58,150 bases of DNA from a virus. Its lineage: Duplodnaviria > Caudoviricetes. The notes beneath the pieces were generated by a model, which ran no database searches, was not told where the DNA came from, and worked only from the letters and a program-made list of their open reading frames with translations. Each line of letters starts with the position of its first letter. Position 1 is the first letter of the stretch. The position numbers and the translations under genes were made by a program. Positions 17,761 through 25,792 of this stretch are shown one piece after another. The DNA lies in the IMG/VR virus record IMGVR_UViG_3300026897_000030, positions 1-58,150 of that record; one strand, written 5' to 3'.

Positions 17761-18105
17761 CTACTTGTCGCGGATAAGCCCGTGGTCGCGTAGCGCATCT
17801 ATAGCAGCGTCGCGCAAGTGCATATTGGTGTCGCCAGCGTCGAACGAGAGTGTTTGTAGGATGAGCTTGAGTTGCTCCTCGGTGCCGACAAACTCGCAGT
17901 CATCGTCGTCAATCGTTTCAAGGATCTCAAACTTGTCGGTGGCGACATATACAGCGATCGGCCGCTGCTTGGTTAGCTCAACTTCGAGGCGAATGCTGTC
18001 GTCGGTGCCGAGTGCGGCGACCAACGCCTTAGCGATCGCTTCTGGTTTCAAGCCGTTAAACAGCAGCATCAGGCTGGTTGGCAGGGCGTCGGCTGGGGCA
18101 GCCAT
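17761..18105 (-). CDS. Hypothetical phage protein
   Basis: 114-aa ORF between palindromes. Confidence 0.6.
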   Translation of the reverse strand: MAAPADALPTSLMLLFNGLKPEAIAKALVAALGTDDSIRLEVELTKQRPIAVYVATDKFEILETIDDDDCEFVGTEEQLKLILQTLSFDAGDTNMHLRDAAIDALRDHGLIRDK

Positions 18106-18124
18106 GTGGCGTTACCTCGCGGGG

Positions 18125-18355
18125 TTACGTCCGGACGTGATGAGTGCGCGGCACCTCCCGCCACTCGCACCGGTACGTGATGAGATGGTTCGGCTGCATG
18201 CGCTGCATCATGGCAGCCAGCAGCTCGCATTGCTCGATAGGGTCGGGGCCGAACTCGGCGATGCCGGCCGCGGGCTCGCGCTCGAATGCTCCGGACACAG
18301 GGACCAGCGTGATGAAGTGGCCGGCAGCGTAGGTGACGATGAACAGCTTGATCAT
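18125..18355 (-). CDS. Hypothetical phage protein (MIKLFIV...)
   Basis: ATGA overlap with an upstream 27-aa hydrophobic ORF (18352-18435); stop lies inside a palindrome. Confidence 0.5.
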   Translation of the reverse strand: MIKLFIVTYAAGHFITLVPVSGAFEREPAAGIAEFGPDPIEQCELLAAMMQRMQPNHLITYRCEWREVPRTHHVRT

Positions 18356-18427
18356 AGCCGCCACCCGAACATGCAGCGATCCAGGACGAACGCAATGCCG
18401 AAGCACACTATCAGCGTCAGGATGATC

Positions 18428-18601
18428 TCACCCATCGTTACCCTCCGTGGTAACCTTTCCGGCCTGCTTCGCCATCTGGCGCAGGCGCCGGGCTTGCGCG
18501 CGGGTGCCGTTGAGGCCGGCAGCAGCGTAGTTTGACGCCTTGGCGCCCTGCTTGAGCTTGCGCAGTAGCTTGGAGGGGCGGCGGCGGGATGGTCTAAACA
18601 T
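18428..18601 (-). CDS. Basic 57-aa microprotein (MFRPSRRRPSKLLRKLK...)
   Basis: ATG 1 bp after a palindrome containing GGAG. Confidence 0.45.
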   Translation of the reverse strand: MFRPSRRRPSKLLRKLKQGAKASNYAAAGLNGTRAQARRLRQMAKQAGKVTTEGNDG

Positions 18602-18616
18602 GGTTACCCTCCGGGG

Positions 18617-18793
18617 TTACGGTTGATCCAGTGTGGCGACCCACGTCATAGAGTTGACGTTTCTGGCGTATTCGTCCGCATCGTCGAAGCTGTCGAAGGG
18701 TCCGACAAATGTGAAGCCATCATTCAGGTTGCCAATGACCAGGATGCATTTGTCGTAATGGTCCAATGGTCGGTCAGTGAGATCCTGTGTCAT
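18617..18793 (-). CDS. 58-aa microprotein (MTQDLTDR...FVGPFDSFDDADEYA...)
   Basis: CCACGAGGCCACGAC-ATG leader; TAA inside a palindrome. Confidence 0.55.
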   Translation of the reverse strand: MTQDLTDRPLDHYDKCILVIGNLNDGFTFVGPFDSFDDADEYARNVNSMTWVATLDQP

Positions 18794-18923
18794 GTCGTGG
18801 CCTCGTGGTTGTGTGGTGAGTGCGCGGCTTTCGGGGAGTTGGCCTTCCAGGTTGTGGACACCCTCGGCTACTGGCCTAGCTGGGCGATCAGCACCCGTAC
18901 CGGCCGCGCGTTACCTCATGGGG

Positions 18924-19184
18924 TTACCACGAGGCTCGATAATACACTTCCCTCGACACTTGCGGCTCGTCCACTTCGAGCCAAGCGATCGCCTTCTCCA
19001 GGGTAGCCACGTCCTCGGCAATCTCCTCGTCGGTCAGCTCACTGGCGCCGAAGAAAAAGCCCTCGGTATGTGGCAGCTTGCGGTTTTTCACCGCTTCGAT
19101 CGTGGCCTTGAGCTGCTCGACTGACAGGTCGATGCGTTGGCATTCATCGACGCCGGCAGCGAACTGCTCGACGATGGCCTCGTG
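18924..19184 (-). pseudogene. 5'-truncated conserved phage protein (...IVEQFAAGVDECQRIDL...LPHTEGFFFG...VYYRASW)
   Basis: Recognisable C-terminal part of a common phage family, with no in-frame start and lacking the usual MGLDMY...YWRK N-terminus. Confidence 0.6.
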
Positions 19185-19297
19185 GTGTGAGGGTGTCGTG
19201 GTGAGTGCGCGGTGCGGGAGGCGAGGTGACGAGCCCCGCCTCCCTCCCGTTGCTAGGCTCGGTGGGCACCATAACCTAGCGAGGTAACCCGCTTTAG

Positions 19298-20065
19298 TTA
19301 GGCCGCAGCCAGCTCGCTCAGGCTCAGGCCCAGCTCGGCAGCCTGCGCCTTCAGGCTCTGGAGCTTGGACTCTTGCATCATCGCAGCGAGGCGCTCGCGC
19401 AGCAGCTCGAACGCCTTCATCGACTTCTCGTCAGTGTCGGCCGGGATGCCCTCGACTTCGCCCGTGATGAGCTTTTCGAGGCGTTCGGTCACCTTGGACA
19501 GCTCACCCTCCAGGGTCTTTTCCTTCGGGTCAGCCTTGCCGAGCTGGTTGCGCACGTCGTCGTCGGTGAGTGCGCTGTCGGGGTTGTCGATCTGGTAGCG
19601 GGCCATATCGACGATGCCAGCATAGAGCGGCTTCGGCTTCTGCTGCGCATCACGCATCCCCTTGTGGATGGTCACGGCGCGGACGCACGCATCGTAGAAG
19701 TCCACGCTGGGCAGCGAGGCGGCTTCACCCACTTTCCGCAGTTTCGACACGTTGGCCTTCTTGCCGTTCGGCGAATGAAACGCCGCCGGCTTGGCCTCGT
19801 TCTCGATGTAGTGGTTATAGATCCGATGGTAGTCGTCCTTGCCGTCGGCGTCTTTGTTCGTGGTGATCACGCCCTCGGACGATGCTTTGGCGACGCGGAG
19901 AGCGAGCCGCGGCAGCGCGTCTTGGCCAAGGGCAGACTGCTTGCCCAGCGCCGCCACGTCCTTGTAGAGCGACTTGATGCCGCCGGCGTTGTCGGTGTTG
20001 TCGTGCGCTCCCTGCGTGATCTCGTTCTGCACTTCGGTCTCGGCCTGCTGAGTGACGTCGTTCAT
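19298..20065 (-). CDS. Hypothetical early protein (255 aa), long paralog of 20731-21144
   Basis: MNDVTQQ start after GAGGT; shares LPRLAL.VAKAS and AN.SKLR.V.EAA with the paralog. Confidence 0.75.
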   Translation of the reverse strand: MNDVTQQAETEVQNEITQGAHDNTDNAGGIKSLYKDVAALGKQSALGQDALPRLALRVAKASSEGVITTNKDADGKDDYHRIYNHYIENEAKPAAFHSPNGKKANVSKLRKVGEAASLPSVDFYDACVRAVTIHKGMRDAQQKPKPLYAGIVDMARYQIDNPDSALTDDDVRNQLGKADPKEKTLEGELSKVTERLEKLITGEVEGIPADTDEKSMKAFELLRERLAAMMQESKLQSLKAQAAELGLSLSELAAA

Positions 20066-20183
20066 GGTTACCTCACGGGTTGCTGTTGGAATTTCGCCTG
20101 AATGCGGGGCGCATCCAAGGTAATACTCATGCAACATAGCTTGTTGGCGTGGTGTTACCTCACGAGGTAACAGCTAAGTGCAT

Positions 20184-20221
20184 GAAACAAAAGCCCGGCA
20201 GGGAGTCATCCTGCCGGGCTC
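20184..20221 (-). terminator. Rho-independent terminator for leftward transcription
   Basis: AGCCCGGCAGG/CCTGCCGGGCT stem followed by TTTTGTTT on the minus strand. Confidence 0.75.
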
Positions 20222-20466
20222 TAAACAAGTTCAGATTTTCAGTCAGTCCCAGCTATCCCCTGGGCGGTAGCCATTAAGCATGGCGAGCTGGTTGAGATTA
20301 TAGCCCATGACCATCGGGCTTGCGTCAGCTGTAGATCAGCACAAGGCGTAGGTGCCAGCGTGCGTCATGGTGCAATGGTTGCAGCGAAGGTGTGGCACGG
20401 TGAGTGCGCGGTGTCGGATGAATGCTGCTATGGCTGCTCACAAGCGTTTCATGTTACCCTCCAAGG

Positions 20467-20715
20467 TTACACATCGTAGTGGCTGGTCACCAAGCACACA
20501 GCACTTGGCACACCATCGGCCGCTGCAACATGCAGGATCTTACAGCTAGTCGCATAGCACCGGCCGGGGCAGCCTTCCACGCCCACGTCACGACGCCAAC
20601 GCCGACCACGTATTGCCTGACGCAATCCAAGCCATGTCGGTGCGGACAGCACCACGACAGCGGACGGCGAACCCCAGCCGTCATGCTCGAACGGAATGCA
20701 ATTTGTGTCAGACAT
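20467..20715 (-). CDS. Hypothetical phage protein
   Basis: CCACGAGGCCACGAC-ATG leader; TAA inside a palindrome. Confidence 0.5.
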   Translation of the reverse strand: MSDTNCIPFEHDGWGSPSAVVVLSAPTWLGLRQAIRGRRWRRDVGVEGCPGRCYATSCKILHVAAADGVPSAVCLVTSHYDV

Positions 20716-20730
20716 GTCGTGGCCTCGTGG

Positions 20731-21144
20731 TTAAGCCTGACGTATCAGGCGTTCCAGGTCTGCGTTGGTCACCCGGCGCCCGTTCTTCACACGCAAGCGG
20801 CAGGCTGCGACGATGAGCTGATAGGCGGGCAGCCCCTCGACCTTGTTGGCGAGCTTCTGCCGGAATTTGATGGTGCGCTCGACAAGATCCACATCAGCCG
20901 CCTCGATCACGCGGCGGAGCTTGGATGCATTGGCGCGGAAGCTGGTCGGGTTGAGTGCGCGCGCCCGCTCTGTGGGCACGCCGAGATATGACGCATAGAG
21001 ATCGTCCGCATCGTCGATGTTGATTTGCTTGTCGGCCGATGCTTTCGCCACCATGAGCGCGAGGCGCGGCAGCGGGTCAATGCGTTGGCGTTCTTCGATG
21101 CCTAGGTTCTTGGCGTCAGTGAAGATGTCGTTCCGTGGTGTCAT
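20731..21144 (-). CDS. Hypothetical early protein (137 aa), short paralog of 19298-20065
   Basis: Shared motifs with the paralog. Confidence 0.7.
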   Translation of the reverse strand: MTPRNDIFTDAKNLGIEERQRIDPLPRLALMVAKASADKQINIDDADDLYASYLGVPTERARALNPTSFRANASKLRRVIEAADVDLVERTIKFRQKLANKVEGLPAYQLIVAACRLRVKNGRRVTNADLERLIRQA

Positions 21145-21251
21145 GGTGTGATCCCTGTTCCCATCTCGCTGTCACTCGCCACGACCTTCGGTCGCGTCTG
21201 CGCTCCAGCTCGTGTTACCGTCGCAGGTAACATTCGTGTAACATAGGAACA

Positions 21252-21461
21252 TTACTTGGGAATTACAACCGTATTATAATGGTCTGCGATGGTGCCACGG
21301 ATCACGGCAGCGAGATTGTCCAGGAGCGCGCATTGCTGCTCAAATGTGCCGAGCGGCACGCCGTGGGCGCGCATCGCTTGCATTGTGCATTCGGCACCGT
21401 CACGCGAGGCGTCGGTGACATTCTCCGGAATTGAGATCATAGGCATACTCGATACTCGCAC
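21252..21461 (-). CDS. Hypothetical small protein
   Basis: 69-aa ORF in operon orientation; start uncertain. Confidence 0.4.
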   Translation of the reverse strand: MRVSSMPMISIPENVTDASRDGAECTMQAMRAHGVPLGTFEQQCALLDNLAAVIRGTIADHYNTVVIPK

Positions 21462-21499
21462 GCTGATGTTGCCGCATCATGAGTGCGCGTCGTTATGGA

Positions 21500-21960
21500 T
21501 CATAACAAGTGACGCGAAGTTTCCAAATAATACCACTAAGGGCCCAAGAGCTAATGTACTATGGAGCCGGCTAATATACTATACGCGGACATTACATGTT
21601 CGTTTCAAAAAGTGTCTAAGTGCTTGATTGACAAGCGGATATTTGTTGCGCGAATGTTATATGTTAAATATGCTAAAAATGTTTTGGTGGTGTGGTCGGG
21701 TCTGAGCGCGCCCAACGTTACACGAGTATTACATTGAGGTTTTAGGTCGGGGTCTCTTTATTTAGTATAGTATTTATAGTTATATATAGAATATAAGAGT
21801 AGAACTATATGTAGAACAACGGGTTAGCTGCCGTTCTTCATACGCAAACTTAAATTCCGCCAAATTCCGGTTGTGCTGCCGCAGATCAATACAACCCGCA
21901 CCACAACATCGCCACATTTAATATGCCCTTTATCGAGTAATATCAATGGCTTAGGCGCGG
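21500..21960. promoter_or_regulatory. AT-rich control region / candidate replication origin with two IHF consensus sites (21617-21629, 21941-21953)
   Basis: Very AT-rich (TATAGTATTTATAGTTATATATAGAATATAAG); TAAGTGCTTGATT and TATCAATGGCTTA match WATCAANNNNTTR. Confidence 0.55.
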
Positions 21961-21977
21961 AGGTATTTTCCCACCCG

Positions 21978-22208
21978 TTACCTCCGATGGTTACATGGCG
22001 GGTTTGTTCTGCTTACGTTCTCACGTAGTTGCCCAAAAGCCACATACTCCCGCGACAGGCACACCATAAACGTGATCCTGCCGAGCTTGAGGAACCTCAA
22101 GCCACCAACACGGCGCCACGACACGTTGAACACGCTTTGCATGTCAGTATCCCCCGAACCATAGCTGCCACCAACACGGCGCCACGACACGTTGAACACG
22201 CTTTGCAT
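21978..22208 (-). CDS. Small phage protein MQSVFNVSWRRVGGLRFLKLGRITF..., 5' end duplicated in frame
   Basis: Two GGGGA-ATG starts (22208 and 22142) created by the 66-bp duplication. Confidence 0.55.
   Translation of the reverse strand: MQSVFNVSWRRVGGSYGSGDTDMQSVFNVSWRRVGGLRFLKLGRITFMVCLSREYVAFGQLRENVSRTNPPCNHRR
22006..22020. promoter_or_regulatory. Second LexA-type box GTTC-N7-GTTC
   Basis: GTTCTGCTTACGTTC beside the AT-rich control region, but inside a small ORF. Confidence 0.45.
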
Positions 22209-22239
22209 GTCAGTATCCCCCGAACCATAGCTGCCACCA
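22101..22239. repeat. Perfect 66-bp tandem duplication (2.1 copies)
   Basis: Unit GCCACCAACACGGCGCC...GAACCATAGCT at 22101 and 22167. Confidence 0.95.
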
Positions 22240-22304
22240 CAGGCGAACAAGACGGGGCGCGCGACGATAGCGCGTGCGTGAGGGGCGACGATGAGTGCGC
22301 ATGA

Positions 22305-22598
22305 TTACCTCGCGCGGTTACGGGCTTCGATCTTCGCCCACTTCGAGATGTGCTGGCGCTTGAAGCCAACGGGCTTGCGATCCTCCGGCTTACGAAACGC
22401 CACGACCTTGGGCTCGACCACGACATATTCGATGTCGTAGTTCCCATCTTCATGCCAGATTGTTCTGGTGGTGTGGTTGCGTCCTGCGATCACGAGACCA
22501 GGACGCAAGGCGCCTTCGGTGCCGAGCTTCGCCTTAAGCGCGTTGCGCTTGGCTTTGTCCATGAGCTTCTTGCACCAACCATTACGAGACGATGCCAT
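22305..22598 (-). CDS. Basic hypothetical protein; first gene of the left arm
   Basis: 97 aa bracketed by palindromes, with GAGGT RBS. Confidence 0.6.
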   Translation of the reverse strand: MASSRNGWCKKLMDKAKRNALKAKLGTEGALRPGLVIAGRNHTTRTIWHEDGNYDIEYVVVEPKVVAFRKPEDRKPVGFKRQHISKWAKIEARNRAR

Positions 22599-23258
22599 GA
22601 TGTAACCTCAAAAGGTAACAGTGAGAGACGATTGAAAAGGAACAAACGCGCCCGGTCGATTGTGATAAGAGCACGACCGGGCGCAATGGGGAGTTTTCAG
22701 TTTCGCGGATCGGTATCCTTGCCCTGTCGCATTCCGCCCCGATTATTGTGGGTGCGGCGCCGGACTACTTTCCGTCCTAGGCCAAGCGTCACCGCTTGTT
22801 ATGGCGCTTCCGTCTTGTTCTACGGTTGAGGCCGCCCATCCTTGCCCAGAGCCGCGCGCCTTCGGCGGACTACACCATGTAACCTTGGAAGGTAACATGC
22901 CCTGCGTGTCGGAACCCGCAGGCTGGCAAGAGATACCGTTCTCACATGGACAGGAAGCGTCACCATCCGTCCACCGGCTTGCGCGTTGTTTAAGTGTCGC
23001 GAGCACCTAGTCACTTTGTAGGTCCGCGGGCTAAGTGCTTGAGGCGCTTGGCATTTCCGCTTGCTACAGCATAGGTGCGCGGGAGGGTTACCGGGAGGGT
23101 AACTGGATCGGCCACCCCACCCCGCCGGCGGCTCTTGTTTGGGTGGTATGGAAATATACCTGACCTCAAAAACCTTTTGTTACTTCACCATTACATCACG
23201 AGGTTACCTTGCAAAGTAACGGCGACATTTTTATATAGCCCCCAACCGGAGTAGGGGC

Positions 23259-23684
23259 ATGAACAAAAACACTGAAACGTACCGTCGTTGGGTGGCAAAG
23301 AACCCGAACTACAGAAAAGAGTGGTTTGCAAAAAACCCTGGTAAGGCTCGAGAGTATTACGAGCGCCACAAAGCGAAGCATAACGAGGCCCGGCAAAAGC
23401 GGCGCGCCGCAGATCCACATAACGCAGAGCGGAAGAGGCGAGAGTACCTATCCGCAAAGTATGGGATTACGCTCGAACAATATGCCGAGATGCTGCTGGC
23501 CCAGGACGGCCGGTGCGCTGGTTGCAAGACAGTCTTGTTGAAGCGCCGGCACATCGACCATTGTCACACCACCGGGCGGGTGCGGGGTATCCTATGTCAC
23601 CACTGCAACGTGGCCCTCGGACATTGTCGTGATGACCCGGCGGTGTTGCAATCCCTTATCGAATACCTAAAAAACACCCTGTAA
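23259..23684 (+). CDS. Endonuclease VII-type HNH endonuclease (copy 3)
   Basis: KYGIT...QDGRCAGC...[21 protein letters not shown]. Confidence 0.9.
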   Translation: MNKNTETYRRWVAKNPNYRKEWFAKNPGKAREYYERHKAKHNEARQKRRAADPHNAERKRREYLSAKYGITLEQYAEMLLAQDGRCAGCKTVLLKRRHIDHCHTTGRVRGILCHHCNVALGHCRDDPAVLQSLIEYLKNTL

Positions 23685-23840
23685 TTTTCAGGTAATCCCC
23701 AACATGCCATTCCCAAAAAATTCTAGGCCCTAGAAAAACCCTTTGTTACTTCTATGTTACATTGGTGCGTTCGTCCCGTGATCGGAAATCCGATCACGGT
23801 CCTGCCACTCACCAATAGCTCACCACCACGAAACCACCGC

Positions 23841-24086
23841 ATGAAAAAACCCCCGGCCTCCGACAAGCCCTTCAAGACCTGGCTCGACGGGGTACCGTGG
23901 ATCGACATTGAGGACTTGGCGCCGGCGGAGCCGCGCACGCGCATCGAAGACGTGCCGCGGCCGCTTCAGCAAAAGCTCAGGGAGTGCTGGTTGCGTGGTG
24001 TGCCCGAGGCCGAGCTCGCGCGGATCTTCCAGCTGCCGATCGAGTGGATGCCGCTATTGATCGCAGACGACTCGAACCCCAACTAA
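23841..24086 (+). CDS. Small HTH-like protein
   Basis: LRECWLRGVPEAELARIFQLPIEWM looks like a helix-turn-helix. Confidence 0.5.
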   Translation: MKKPPASDKPFKTWLDGVPWIDIEDLAPAEPRTRIEDVPRPLQQKLRECWLRGVPEAELARIFQLPIEWMPLLIADDSNPN

Positions 24087-24091
24087 GACTT

Positions 24092-24420
24092 GGGTGGCCG
24101 GGCTCGACCCCAGGGGATGCCGGATGATCAAAGCCGGCTGAGACGCAAAGCACCCGGCTCTTGCCGAGCCACCCTTCCCAACTTATCTCACCATCACGCG
24201 GGGCAAGCGCCCGGGCTCGATGTTTTGCCCTTGAACGGCACTCCTCTTGCCGAGGCGACCCCGCGAACCTATCTCACCATCACGAGCGATCCGGGCGCGG
24301 CCGGGAGAAATGCCTTAGTAAAGTACCCACGTAACGTCTAAGCCGAGATCTCGTACCGGGCCATAACCCGGCGATAACGCAAAGCCCGCCCGTGGAGACA
24401 AACACACCGGCGGGCTTTGT
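24092..24420 (-). ncRNA. Candidate tandem structured small-RNA array
   Basis: Two 19-bp linker repeats and 2-3 hairpin units with conserved cores and different closing stems. Confidence 0.4.
24380..24420. terminator. Terminator-like hairpin (possibly bidirectional)
   Basis: CAAAGCCCGCC...GGCGGGCTTTG. Confidence 0.55.
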
Positions 24421-24596
24421 CGTGTCATCCTCACGTAACGCTATCTGAACAACTCCAACACACGTTTCCGTTGACCCTGAGTCGGCCAAACACCAGTTTC
24501 ACTGGTGCCCATTGGACCGGGCGAAGCCCACCGGGTGCCATTTCCAGCTCCCCAGCCCGCAAGGGCACCCGGTGGGAACAAACAACGGACCTGCGT

Positions 24597-24863
24597 ATGG
24601 ACCTGAACCCCGCCCCCGAAATCCGCAAAGCCCTCGGTGTCATCACGGATGCCGAGCTCGCTGTGGCGCTCGAAGTCGAGACGTCGACGCTCGCTACATG
24701 GCGGAGCGAGGGGCGGGGGCCTTCTTTCACCAAGTTCGGTAAGAAGGTGTTCTATTTCGTCGACGACGTGCAGCTGTATTTGCACAACAGGCGCGTGGAC
24801 CAAGAGCCGCAAGTCGCCGAGCAGAACGAGGTTACCGCACGCGGTAACGTGACGGGGCTCTAA
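24597..24863 (+). CDS. AlpA/excisionase-type HTH DNA-binding protein
   Basis: ITDAELAVALEVETSTLATWRSEGRGPSFTKFGKKVFY..DDV. Confidence 0.8.
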   Translation: MDLNPAPEIRKALGVITDAELAVALEVETSTLATWRSEGRGPSFTKFGKKVFYFVDDVQLYLHNRRVDQEPQVAEQNEVTARGNVTGL

Positions 24864-24868
24864 GCGCC

Positions 24869-25222
24869 ATGCCCGGGCCGATACCAGACCACGAGATCGA
24901 GCGGGTGGCGCACAGGATCTGCGAGGAGCTCGGAATAAGTCCGACGGAGTTTATATCTGCTCGCCGCGGTGACACGATGACCCGGGTCGAGGAGCGCTAC
25001 CACAGCTACGTGCCAATCCATGCAGAGGGGCATCAGCTGCCGGCGTATCTTGACCAGTGGGGCAACAAGGTGGTGCCACCACTACTGCAAGTAGCCTCGA
25101 TCGCCGCCTACCCGATGAACGAGCCAGTCAACGTGCAGCGTTGGCAGACATTCCGCCGGGACGCTGAGGCGGCGATCGCGGGGTGGCGGGCCGTCCACCA
25201 TTACATGCTGCTCGAGACGTGA
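24869..25222 (+). CDS. Hypothetical phage protein
   Basis: IERVAHRICEELG...RWQTFRRDAEAAI. Confidence 0.6.
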   Translation: MPGPIPDHEIERVAHRICEELGISPTEFISARRGDTMTRVEERYHSYVPIHAEGHQLPAYLDQWGNKVVPPLLQVASIAAYPMNEPVNVQRWQTFRRDAEAAIAGWRAVHHYMLLET

Positions 25223-25233
25223 TCGGTTGGGCT

Positions 25234-25566
25234 GTGAGTGCAAGCACGAAACGGGAGACGGCCTTGGTTGACATGGCACTCGATGAAGCGCGCCGGCAGG
25301 ACGAGCAGGACAAGAAGTCAGGGAAGCGGCGCCGGCGTGAGCCGAGACCGGTCTATGTGACCGGGGTGTTTCCGCGGCACGGATACCTTGTTGTGCATGA
25401 CGGTGACCCCGCCCAGTGCAGGGTCGTGATGTTCGCCACGCTGTTCTCCGCCGACGGTGAGGAGACGACAGACCTGAGCCTGGCCGTGGCGGCGACCGCG
25501 CAGCTCGCCAAGCACTTTTATGTCACTATCGTCTTCGATGAAGTGGCGGAGCAGGTGCTCCACTAA
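25234..25566 (+). CDS. Hypothetical phage protein
   Basis: ORF tiles the operon; start uncertain. Confidence 0.5.
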   Translation: MSASTKRETALVDMALDEARRQDEQDKKSGKRRRREPRPVYVTGVFPRHGYLVVHDGDPAQCRVVMFATLFSADGEETTDLSLAVAATAQLAKHFYVTIVFDEVAEQVLH

Positions 25567-25585
25567 GTTACCCTGTGAGGTTACA

Positions 25586-25792
25586 ATGTCTGATCTGAAA
25601 AGCACGGCAGACAAAGCCGCCAAGTCCCTGCTCCGGGCGGCAGCGGCCCACTCGCGCTGGTCAAAGTATGACAGCCAGCAATTAACGAGAGCGGTCAACG
25701 CGCTCGAACGCCTAGCCGGCACTCGCAAGCGGGCGAAAAAACCCGGGGCAAAAGTCGCAGAGTGGAAGAAGACCAGGGAGATGTGCTCGTGA
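25586..25792 (+). CDS. Basic hypothetical protein (MSDLKSTA...)
   Basis: ATG 1 bp after a palindrome containing GAGGT. Confidence 0.55.
   Translation: MSDLKSTADKAAKSLLRAAAAHSRWSKYDSQQLTRAVNALERLAGTRKRAKKPGAKVAEWKKTREMCS

Larger units (their letters stand above)
5688..22300 (-). repeat. Dispersed polar 9-mer TGAGTGCGC (GCGCACTCA on the coding strand), 15 copies
   Basis: Read directly from the sequence; coordinates listed in the findings. Confidence 0.9.

Noticed and set aside
21640-21669. dif-like site (ATATGTTAAAT resembles the XerD arm)
   Set aside because: The XerC arm is not recognisable at the required spacing, and the AT-rich context makes a chance match likely
24092-24350. TIGR or mini-CRISPR array
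   Set aside because: Only two linker repeats, with long structured units, and no Nop-domain or Cas protein recognised
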